From Ylistrum balloti (Eukaryota): a stretch of DNA of 64,000 bases. Position 1 is the first letter of the stretch. Each line of letters opens with the position of its first letter. The translations under genes and the position numbers were made by a program. The stretch spans positions 496,001 to 560,000 of the forward strand of contig NW_026781986.1 in assembly GCF_031769215.1 (NCBI RefSeq), read 5' to 3'. The notes beneath the pieces are model-generated. The model worked only from the letters and a program-made list of their open reading frames with translations. It searched no databases and was not told the DNA's origin. Of the stretch, positions 11,101 to 23,100 are shown piece after piece.

Positions 11101-13330
11101 GGATTCTAGCATCCAGCTAAAACCAAAAGTATGTAATGGAAATCATATTGATGAGAAAACAACTCCTGTGTCAAATATTTCTGAACCAATTTCTTCGGTA
11201 TGTGAAGTGAATGGAAAGACTGAGTTGAAGCTTTCAAATGTTGGAGAAAACAATACAGTTATTCTGAGGAAAACTTCTTTCAGCAAACGCATTGAAAATT
11301 TAAAGAACCACATTCCACGGCAATGTGAATGTCATTCAGAAAATCAGAGGCATGTAATGGCTGACCAGGTTTTTATGAAGGAAGGGAGGGGCCTGGAAGT
11401 GGTGCACTTTCCAAACATTCGGATGTTGCTGATTCAGGATAAGGAGATGATTGGTATAATACAACAGGGTTTGTTGTATATTAGTGTTGCTGAAATCCAG
11501 CAAAAACTCCTCAGAACCATAGGTATAAAATGTCTCAAAGAATTTCTGAAAGAACATGATTCTGAACAACGATATCTAGCAAAGGAATTACGGCTTTTTC
11601 TGAATGACACAACCTTCCTTCTACAAACAGAATTCATGATAAGTGTTCACTATCTGAAGAAATTTCTGAATAAAATGTGTCAGTGTGGAGTTCCCGGTGT
11701 ACATCATTCCAATTTCTGGTCAGAGGCTCTACATGATGAAAATTTCTCAAGTGAGAATTTCTATGTCAAGATAAGTGGTCACATGTGGTGTATGTCGTGT
11801 CAGGGTCATGTGATACAGGAGAGAACTATTAATGTATACACTGACATTGAGTTAGTTAGTGTTAAAAAAGATCAGGAATGCGAGTCTGAACCATTATCAG
11901 AGTTCTTGAAGGACAAAGAACATAGTGCCAGCTCCAAAACAACTCGTAAGGAAGGTAAAGAAACCATAAAAGTTGGATATGTTAGAATTAGTCACTCAGC
12001 CTTTACAGCTTACAAAGTAAATGATGTTTGTTTTGTAAGTCTTCTGCAGTTACAATTGAAACGTGTGATTTCAATACACTGTATTGAATACAAGTTGCAA
12101 CGTCTCAATTCTTTTCCTCAGAAGCCGCCAGCAGTTGTAGAGAAACATTTCAAACGTAACAAAAGCCTCTTTGAAAACACAGAGTGGATTGATATGAACA
12201 TATTACGATGTGTATGTTGTATGGAAAAGTTACCCAAGGAATATCTTAATAAGAAATTAATAAAATGTATTGTCTCAAACAATATACAGGAAAATTTTAC
12301 TTGTACACTACATTCATTAGATGACTCCGCAACAGACCCGGCAACAGATCCAAGTTATATCTCTATAAGGGACATGGGTTTTGGTTCAAATGTTGAAGCC
12401 AACATTGTTTCAAGTGAGTATCCAATCCAAGACACAGAAGACCAAGACACAATGGGAAAAGGTAAAGCAGTGAGAGAAAGACTCGTGCTTATGTTTCTAA
12501 AAAGTTTAAACAGTTGTAATTCGTCTGAATCATCTGAGGCATCTGATTTGCAGGAAAACATAGTTTCAGACAATATATTTCTGAAAAGTAGAAGTGAATC
12601 TGATATTCAGTGTGACCAAACTTCAGAACAAAGTGATTTTAACTTGCCACGCTTGGAAAAATTAAGAACTGCAGAAAAAACAATACTGGGAAAACGGAAG
12701 AGAAAATTACTTTTACCAAAGACCAAAAAAAAAAGAAAATACAAAATGACTTCCAAGACTCATCACAGCTCAGAAAAATCAGCTTTGAAACATCAGAATC
12801 CATGTGTAGCTAGCTCTAGTTCTTCTGAGCCTGAAGAGGATTTAGACATGAAGGGTTTTTCTGTTCATCAGGTTTCTCCTCCTGAGCTTCAAAGCAGTCA
12901 AATTATGATAAAAAATGAACCCATGGAACTGGAAGATGGATTATCTGCCCCTGATATTCCTAGAGTTGTGATAGAACGGGAAACTGTTGAACATGAATAT
13001 CTACAAGAAGCTGCTACCTCTGCTGTAGGATTGTATCAGAATGTTGTTTTCCCTGGAGCTGAGGTAATGAGAGAAATGGAATGCTCCACAACAATTACTG
13101 ATAATCTGTGTGAAAAACCCAACTGTGATCAAAAGACACCGGAATATGTAATTCAGTATAACGATGGCGATCTCAGCAAGGAAATAAAGTCAGAAATAGA
13201 CAGGTTTAGAAAAGATAAGTTCTCAGATTGTGAAGATTCTGTGGTTGATTCTGGTCTGTATAAACATGATTTTGTGACACTTGGCATCAGCTCTGAAGCA
13301 GGATTCATCAAAGTTGAACTCCCAGACTAG
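8174..13330 (+). CDS. Uncharacterised ~1514-aa protein with N-terminal 24-aa repeats, two divergent Ski/Sno/Dac-like domains and a basic NLS
   Basis: Two long ORFs join in phase 0 (8174-9520, donor CAG|GTAATG; 10133-13330, acceptor TTCTCTTAACAG|GAG). NLS-like KRKRKLLLPKTKKKRKYK near 12690-12745; SUMO-type IKNE and IKSE motifs. An upstream coding exon cannot be excluded. Confidence 0.85.
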
Positions 13331-13505
13331 TGACCCTACCATTGGCAATAGCATCAATTGTGTTGTGTAGTGACTCCAACACACTTCAATATGTCTTACC
13401 ATGGGCAATAGCATCAAATGTGTTGTGTAGTGACTCCGACACTTTTTAACGTGTCTTACCACGGGTAAAAGCATCAAGTACATTTTGTAGTGACGCTGAC
13501 ACACT
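13328..13505 (+). repeat. ~59-60-bp tandem repeat x3 starting at the stop codon of the uncharacterised gene
   Basis: Unit similar to TAGTGACTCC..ACACTT..TGTCTTACCATGGGCAATAGCATCAAATGTGTTGTG, three copies. The TAG stop codon is part of the first TAGTGAC motif. Confidence 0.85.
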
Positions 13506-13659
13506 TTGGCCTATCTGAGAAATCCCTGAAGTTTTTGAGGCTGTAAAACAGTTAGTTGTACTTGGTATGTGTATGTAACTGATGAATGTATTTTACTTTT
13601 ATTGATGAAGAAAATTAAATTAAGATTTTACTTACATCATTGAAGATTGTAATTTCATC

Positions 13660-14298
13660 TCAGGTGACCGATTGCGATAGCCTTTTGTCAGGCGTCTGTT
13701 GTAAACAATTGACATTTTTTAACTTTTTACTAACCAAAAAGCCCAGAGAGCTGATATTGGACTTTTAGCATGCTAGGATGAAGGTCTACCAAGTTTGTTC
13801 AAATGAATGACCTTGACCAACTTTCAAGGTTACAGGAGTCAAATGTGTTGAAATCTTTGAAAAAACTTCTCAATAATCAAAAGGCCCAGAGTGCTAATAT
13901 TGAGTCTGTAGCATGCTTGGATGAAGTGCTACCTAGGTTGTCTATATTATTGACCTTGACCCACTTTCAAGGTCATTTGTATAAAATATATCAAACAACT
14001 TCTTCTCCATAAGCAAATGGCCCAGGATGCTGATATTGCTGCTGATATTCTGCTGACGATAAGGGGATATCATGTTTGTTCAAATGAATGGCCTTGATCT
14101 CAAATATGCTAAACTACATCAACAGAGAGTGTCATCACTTATGTTTGAAAATTAAACCTTTAAACATAGTAACAATAAAAACTTTGTAAGTATGCATATA
14201 TCGGTTCTGTTCTGTCTGCCCAAATGCTTGGACTGATGGTCAGTTTCTAAAACTCCTGAAGACCTCAGGTGACTTTTCAGGCCCATGGGCCTCTTGTT
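13660..14298 (+). mobile_element. Non-autonomous Helentron-associated (HINE-like) interspersed element, degenerate
   Basis: CTCAGGTGAC occurs at both ends (13660, ~14264), with internal TGACCTTGAC motifs. A terminal palindrome AGGCCCATGGGCCT (14279-14292) is followed by CTTGTTT, an architecture typical of bivalve HINE-type elements. Confidence 0.5.
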
Positions 14299-16454
14299 TC
14301 CGTTAACATTTTTTGGTGTTTTTCTGCCTTAAATCATTGGATCAAACTCAAGGAAAGCATCAAAGATAATCAACTGTTCCACTAAATGATTAAATGCAGT
14401 AAGATGGTGACCAGTCCATTCCAGTAATTTGCTCACAGGGACATGAAAGGAGTAGTGCTAGCATTCATGATATTTATAACAAGAAAGATTGCCCTGGTTT
14501 TCTGAAAGAGATTTTTGACTTAAAACAGATCTGGCTTTTGTGAACATAAAGGTCTTTTAAGAAATTCTACAGCACTCTATCCTCTCTACCTACTTGCAAA
14601 TCATTAGGACCTAAAGTACTCTTTAACTTTAGAAGAATCTGAAGTTTTTGACATATTTGATCCATGTGATCTTCAAAATAGGTCAAGATCATTTCCATGA
14701 GAACACTTACCAACACTCCATAGTAGGAACCTTTTGGCCAAAACGCAGTACCCTTGGCCTTGCGAAACTTTAAAAGATTCTCAAAAGTTTTTAAGTTAAT
14801 GATGTATGACCCCCTCTGGCCTTTAAATAGCTCAACGTCTTTCATAGCAGGAAACATTTAATAGGACTCTAAGTACCTACTGGTCAAAAATGAGGTTTCC
14901 TGGAAATTCTAGTGAAAATTTATTTGACCCTTGTGACCTGGAAAATAGGTCAAGATCATTAGTACTCTAATTTGAATATATGATGGTTTACATTTTTCAG
15001 AAAATTGAAACAGGCAAGTCTGTGCTGAGGTGGTTGTGTCCTTTGACACATCATCTTAATTGCTCTGGATGGCATGTCATGGGCCTGTAGCCTTCGCCTG
15101 TTGTAATTTGAAATTTGATAAGATTGTATACAATTTTGAACATATTTGACCCTTCTAACCGTGAAAGACCTGATGAACATTTTGATGGAAACTTTGTAGC
15201 ACTCCATCCCAGGTATTTGTTTGCAAAATATCAAAACTCTTGGTTATCTGGAGAAGATTCTTAAATGAATTTTCAATATTTTGACCCCTGTGACCTTGAA
15301 AAAAGATCATTGTCATTTATATCAGAAAGCAATCTATCTCAGGTACAAGGTACCTCCTAACCAAAACAAGAACAGATTTTTTGCATTCTGGAACTTGAGA
15401 AGGTATGTTTTTATACACTGAACCCTGTGACCTTAAAAAGTTCATTTAAGGAAGGACGCTTTTCATTCCATCCCAGGTACCAAATGGGCTCTAGGTCTTC
15501 TAGAACTTGAAAAGATTCATAAACGTTTTAATGATCTTTAGACCCTTGCCACCTGACAAGGACTTTCACTGGAGGAAACTTCATGAAATTCACCCCAGGT
15601 ACCTTCTAGCTAAATATCAGCTTGGTCTTCTTGAACTTCAGAATATAATTTTCATTCAACCTGGACTTAGATAAAGATAATGATATGACTCCAGTGACAT
15701 TGAATATAGGTTAAGGTTATTTATATGAGAAAACTTTCTTGCACTCTATCCTTGGTACCTGCTGGCCTAATTTCAGGACTTTGGATCATTTAAAACACAA
15801 GAAGATTGAAATATATTTTAAGAATATTTGAACCTGATATGACTTTGAAAATAGGTCAGGGTCATTGATATTTTGTAGCATTCCATCAAAGGAATCAAAC
15901 TTTCCAAATGTCGCTATCCTGGGCCCAGCTGCTTATTGACAGAGAACAGATTTTTAACAAAAAAATAGAGCCATATTCATGTACTAGATATCCTCTGGTG
16001 AAGATCTTAGGAGTGTAGTTTGATCCCTCGTCTACGTGGGAAATATAGGTCACAAAAGAATCCTGTACTGTTGCTTGATTTTACACCACAGAGCAAAAAG
16101 TTCCATCAAGAAATCAAACTATACCTCAGAAAATGTGAGCTACAAAAGATATCAAAAAAGTTAAAAAACACAATTCCTTACTACTTATAAGACCAAAAAA
16201 ATTGTAATAAAATATAAAGACACAAATAAATACAGAAAATGTGTTTTAATAGTGTTTAAAACTTTTGATAGTATCATGCATATCAAATGGACCTATATTT
16301 CTGATGTTTCAATATAGCCTGGTCCAGCTGTTCATTGTTTATGTAGTTGTTTAACATAAAATAAACAATTGTATATTTCCTGGAGTTCATATCTGGTCAA
16401 CCAGCTATAAATAGCATAATATTGTTCCAGCATAAGTTGTATTGACTTCTGTCA

Positions 16455-16830
16455 GTATTCAATCTCCACATCTGGACCAATCTAATAACCATTGGTCATT
16501 CTCCACATCTGTACCCATCTTTTTATCAGTGGTCATTCTCCACATCTGTACCCATCTTTTTATCAGTATTCAATCTCCACATCTGGACCAATCTAATAAT
16601 CAGTGTGGTCATTCTCCACATCTGTACCCATCTTTTTATCAGTGGTCATTCTCCACATCTGGACCAATCTAATCATCAGTGGTCATTCTCCACATCTGGA
16701 CCAATCTAATCATCAGTTGTCATTTTCCACATCTGGACCAATCTAATTATCAGTGGTCATTTTCCACATCTGGACCCATCCTTTTATTAGTGGTCATGTC
16801 TCCACATATGGAGTCATCCTTTTATCAGGG
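16455..16830. repeat. 37-bp minisatellite, about 10 units, two interleaved variants
   Basis: GTGGTCATTCTCCACATCTGGACCAATCTAATCATCA and GTGGTCATTCTCCACATCTGTACCCATCTTTTTATCA. Lies about 300-700 nt past the SMG9 stop codon. Confidence 0.9.
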
Positions 16831-17144
16831 CCAAGTTATGAGGTTGAGTCTCATTTGTAGTCTGATGGTCTTGCAATATCTTTGCCATCCAACTGTGCTC
16901 GTGTCCTGTACCAACAATTCAGACTCCAATTGGTGGTTAAGCTTTTCACCAACAGTCTAGCTTTTGATCAGCAGTCCAGCCTTGCACTGGTGGTAAAACA
17001 TTCCATCAGCAATCAACCTTTTTCTCAATGGTCAAGTTTTACATCAGTGGACAACCTGAACATCAATAGTCAGCTTCAGGAAAGGTTAAAGTTCAAGTTC
17101 TATGTAACCTTACAATGGATCTCTGGATGCTATCCCATCATTCC

Positions 17145-20100
17145 TCAGTGTAAAAGACGATTGTACTCTGCCATCAACTGAGATTTTTTAACAGCATCCC
17201 ATGTCCTGGCAGCATAGTGAAACCTGGAAACACATGACATTTTGTCATGAATCAGCATTTTAGAATATTTTTAAACAATAATCTCTCATTTTAACTGAGA
17301 TATTTAGCATTTTTTATGATTCTTTTTTTGTACATGTATATGCCAGATCTTTACAGAAATATTTATCTTTTAATAAAATCTATCTTAATTTATAAAAGAT
17401 TTAAAAGCATGCTTAAAAGATTTAAAGTCTAATCATTTATAAAACGAAATGTTGAAATCAATATTTTTCAAAAACTTTTGCATGTTCAAGTAGTATATGA
17501 CAGAAGTATTTTTACAGCTTTGATGAAATCTTGAGCACTTTTGATCCCAAAAAATTCCAAATTTGTCAGAAATTAGAAATAATTTCTTTAATAATGTAGC
17601 TATGAAGATAATTAATATTAGACTTGAAAGGAATCGCCATGAAGATTTAAAGATTTTGTACTGGATTGAAAAAGCCAATGAAAAAAAACAAATACGTTAC
17701 AGCATTTTCATGTCATCAAGAAATGGCTTACTGCAGGATAAATATTTCATCATGATGTAAAGTTGTATAACATAACTTTTGTCTACTGATAACATAACAA
17801 TAATCTAACCATTTTCCAATGTATAATCAATATCTTTGGCAATAAAATATGTATTCTGATTTGCCTCCATCACCTCCTAGGTTTCAAAATTTCGGCCTTT
17901 GACATCACTGACAAGAAGAAACCTTCAGTTTGTTTTATTTCCTACTTTTCTCTACTGTACCTAGTTCTAAATTTGTATTGAAAAGTGCTTTTCACTTGAG
18001 TGTCTTTTTTTGTAAAATCATCCTATTGGTTTTTACTCTGCTCAAGTTGATAATATACATACCAGTTTTTTTCCGAGAGTGTCGTGTGGGTAAGCTGTTC
18101 TCGTGGTAAAGCATAGATCTGCTGGCGAAGTCCATTGATGAGTGTAGTAAAGCTTGGATAACCTCTATACTCAGGCAACAGGGTCAGGATGGCTTCTACA
18201 GTGAAAGTAAATTCACAAATACATTATTATAACAAATGAAATAAATTATGAAACTGAGACTTTTTTAAAAATAAAAACCAAAATTCTGGAAGAGTTATTT
18301 AGATTTTACAAATAAATGTCTAACAAACTATTAAAGGCACAAATATCAATTTTTTCTATGGCATATCAAAAACTAGTAAATCTATTTCATTTAATAAATA
18401 AGATTGTAATAATTAAGGTAAGGTGGATACATTTCATATTTCATCTTATTGCCCAATATTTATACATGAACTGTACCATCAGTTACTCCTTGATCCTGAA
18501 AAGACCTCGTGACCTTGGTTGACTTTGTAATAGAAAACACTACTTTACCCTGATTTGATTTCCCAGCTGAGTCAATACAAGGAAGAGGATACAGATTGAT
18601 ATCTGACTTCACAGTTCTCCGGTTAAGACCTGGTAGCATTTTCCCATCAGCCACAGTCACTGAACCTAAAGATTCAAACATAATAGGACTACTTTTGACA
18701 AATTCAAAATAATTCACGACAGATACGTTACATTTTATCAATAAGGGTGGCAGTAAAATCTTTCTTGTAAAGTTGTATTTATAAATGATGAATTAATATT
18801 CCTCTGTTGCTTAGGACCAGATTTGCTTTAATAAACTTGAAAACTATTTTCATTTTGTATAATGGTGATACCAAAACTTACCAGAATATTTTGTCAGGAG
18901 CATATTAATGGATGAGGGTCACTTATAGGAGCATGGACGCTTACTGGGTCAAATACTCCAGTTACATAATTTCTCATTGGGAATACTGAACTCTTTAATT
19001 CTTGTATGTGGCACAGAGACATAAGTAAAAGTGACAATGTGTTTTTCAATGAGATTAGCAGCAAATGAATATAAACAGTACAACCCACTACGAGATATTG
19101 GCGAGAGAACCAAGAAGGAGCTTCGAGCCCACCCTCATATAATCTCTATTAGTTCTTAATCAGTTGGATCATATCTCTTCCATGTACATCCAGGAACAAA
19201 GTAGAAATTACATCAAGTACTTCTCAACAGCAATAAACTATATCTGTCAAAATCCAAGATGGTCACCTTCAAGCTAAAACACCTTAACTAATGAGGCCTA
19301 CTATGGACCAATGTGTATTTGTCTTATATTCATAATTTCAGAATCATCCATCCTGTACTTGCTAAGAAATAGTGATAAGACAATATATCTCTCAAAATCC
19401 AGTATTTCTGATCGACCTTCAAGGAACAAATTGGAATTTATCACTTTAGATTTGAAAATGATTTCCTTTCGAACTTAGAACTTCAAGAAATAGTGATAAC
19501 AACTATTATTTATGGACTGATTGGTGGTGCAGGAAGGAAGGGCAATTTGAACAGAGGTTGATAAAATATACCCAAATAAGAAGTCTTTTATGTATATGCA
19601 AATTAACAGAAGGTATACTGATATATCTATGGATTTTCTGTTTAAATAGAAACCTTTAAAACTGATCAATAGAGTCTACAGATTTCTGCATAGAGAAAAA
19701 AAAAAACTGATATGAAATGCTTGGAAATTTTTCAGTATTTGCTAGATCACCTCTATATTTCAGCTTGGAAGTTTCAAAGACTTTCATCAGTGTCTGCTGC
19801 ATAGAGTTGAATGTTTCTACACTGAAGTGATCCCACACTGCCTTGTTCTGTATAAACACTGAAAATAAAGTACACATATATCTGGTGAATCTAGTGACAT
19901 TATTGTACAGGTAAAGAAACCATTTCCCACTTTGGACTCATATCTAGTATAAAATTCTTTCATGGTGGAAGAGGAGCATGTGGTCCAATGGACCTGCATC
20001 GATCACCTTTTATGTATTCGAATTTTAAAAAAATAATTTACATCATCGACATTCAAAGTCTGGATAAATGAATAGAAGAAATTGACTGCCATGACCTTCA

Positions 20101-23100
20101 GTATGAGTCAAGGCTATTTCTTTTTTTAAATCTTTATCAGGCTTCATTCAAGAAACTACATATGCACCAGCAGAATAATAGGATTTGATACTTTGACCTA
20201 CTATATGTCTAAAGGTAATTTCTTTTCACAAAATCTGTTTGGTTTTATCCAAGGAACATTTCTGCAAAACATCATGATTCTAGCCTTTTGGACATTGAAA
20301 AGATGTCATTTGAAGCTTTTTACAATTTACCCATGACCTTAACTGAATAAGGGTCAATGCCATTTTTTTCCATAAACATTGTTAAGCTTCATACTGGGAG
20401 CTTTCCAGTCAAATTTCCTATATAAAACTTTTGAATATTGAGAAAAGTCATCTTAAAGTTTAATATATTTTATTCCATTGACCTTGAATATGGGTCAAGG
20501 TCATTTAATTTTACAAAAATTTTTCAGGCTTGATATCAGGAACTTTCCACTCAAATATCATATATTATGATTCTAGCATATATGAAACTTGAAAAGAAGA
20601 TGTCTGAAGGATGATCAAACTCAACCACTGTAAAACTCAGATTAGGACCACAGTCATTTCTTTTCACAAACATTGTTGGGCTTCATAAAGGGAACTTTCA
20701 AGTCAGATATCATATCATGATTCAAGGGATTTTGAATATTAAGAAGAAGTAAATTGTCTGAAGGTTTTAACAAATTTTACCTCTGTGAACTTGAATATGA
20801 ATCATTTCACAAATGTTGTCAGGCATTAGCCAAGGAACCTAATATCCAAATATCACAATACATATGGTTATTGAGAAGAAGATGTTTGAAGGGAAAAAAT
20901 TACACTCAATTGCTGATAGCCGATGGATGCCATACTCCAGGTATTCTTAAATCTACATGTGTATACCAATTGGCTAAAGGGAACTTCTTTTCTTTCACTT
21001 GATCAGTTGACATAAGACAAGTATAAGCCAGAGGTCCAATGTTCGAATCCTAGTCGATGCATTGACATACTGGGTAAATAATGCTTTATAGTCACATTAT
21101 AAATTAAAAATTAACAGATGATAGATTCTTCAAGTTAACATAACTAGTGACAAGTCAATTTAGCGATTATGTCGATGTAAGCTTATAATGAGCATCAAAA
21201 AGCAGGTACAACATAGATCATGTTGGAGGATTGATATCTCTTTGCAATTGATCAGACCAAACATCCCTTTTTTTCTTCTAATGAATATGCTTATACTGCA
21301 GATACCTAAATGAAGTGTTTTGGAATTATTGAAGGACAATGTTCAAACACATTAGCTGTTTGTAACTCTACAGAACCGTTACAGATATGGCTTGGAGGGC
21401 TTATTACAAGGCATAATGCTGTAAAAGGATATGTTACAAAGTTAATATTGATGTAACATGTTGTTTTTTTTCACCATTCTACATGTCTGCGATAACAAAA
21501 CTATGACATACATCAACTACACAAACATGCCCTACTAATGTCCTTAGCGGTTTAAAAGTATACCTTTTGTCTGGTTCCTTGGAAATCCTTAAGGCAATAA
21601 ATATGTTCAAATCAAAATCTGCTATGTGTAGTAGGTTATTGAAAATGTATCCTGTTGAAGAATGGGAATTTAACTCATTTTTGCATTTGGAAAATATATC
21701 ACAGTTTTATTTGATACGTTCAAATTACACTGACTAATATCCATGCTTCAAAGCAAATCCTATTAATTTAAATCCTATTTCAATCTATTTTTATTTTATT
21801 TCTAATTTATTTCACTATATGGCACAAACTTCATGGTAAACATCAATGCTTTTGACTATTTTTAATACAATATTTTTTTCATGTCTAAATATAAAATATC
21901 AAAAAGTATTGAATATTTTATATTTTCCTGACTTTACCGGTTGGAACCTTCTGAAAAGCTTCGCCTAAGTGGTTAAATAATGGATGATTGCAGTGTAAAT
22001 GATAGGATTGACATTTTGTGGTGCGCTTCCTAAAGTGTGAGTAACGTCCCCTTGCCTAATTATAATCTGACGTCATTTTTTCCAGTCGCCATATTTCCTC
22101 CGCTGGTCCGTTACCCGAGGTAAAAATACCACGTGTTTTGTATTTTTTTCTTCAAGAACGAATATTGTGTGACATCTAGGTAATATCACATGTTATAAAT
22201 TCGTGTTTTAACTCCATTACTTTCTGGTTGTACCGCGTGTCAGCATTCCCTTTGTGTAAAATATCGGGACGCCGGTTCGTCGACAATGATGAATTGAATG
22301 CAATGCATGTGAATTATTTCCAATTCTGTGCTGATATTATCACATTATAGTATTTCGGAATGCTGTACTCGATTATTTAGAACTAGAAGTATAAGCACAC
22401 TCTGCATTAATTTGTTTTAAGACTATTCTCAATAACGCGAAGGAGGGGGAGGGGTTGTTTCATACGATTTCTTTATATAAAATAAATGAGGAATGCATTG
22501 ACATGCAGTAAGTTATGTCCAAACCATTACAGTGGGAATAGGTTTGATAAGGATCGGGATTTGGGATTAAAAGTTAAAGCAAAAATATATGTTTGGTCAA
22601 GAGGTAAAAAAAAAGCACACGGCCGGTGTCTTAAAATATATGCTGTATTTTGGTGTCGGTGAAGAAAGACAAAAGTTGCTAGCCTCTGATGAGCCATTTT
22701 TGTCTTTCTGTCCCCAGCCAAAATACCGCTTACATTTTCAGACACTGACTATGTATTCTATTTATCCTGCAACATTGATGAAAACTCTTTTTGTTGTTCA
22801 ATCTGTGGAAACCTGATGTTGACATTACACTGAATTTTGCCTGATGATGAACACCAAAAGAATTGCTCTGCACAGAAAGTGATCTTATAAATGTTCATTA
22901 ACTTGTTCATTACAACATATTAAAATGCTTATTCCAACAATGTATATTTCTAATCATAATTTTATTCTTTCAAATTTCCGCCCATGCTAAAATACAGCTG
23001 TTTTTTTGTCACTGCCGAATACAGCTAAATTATATGTGGCAGTTGTTTTCTAACAATGGCAGTACCAGTTGCAGGATAAATCTTGTTAGAAAGTAGGCTA

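Noticed and set aside
18890-19145. GC-richer intronic stretch in SMG9 considered as a snoRNA
   Set aside because: No convincing C/D boxes or H/ACA hairpin-hinge-hairpin-tail could be identified by hand.
19861-20000. ORF 19817-19999 considered as an SMG9 exon
   Set aside because: It lacks a usable donor. The true upstream exon (LKPSSP..DYFPNL) is at 29197-29103 and fits the phase.
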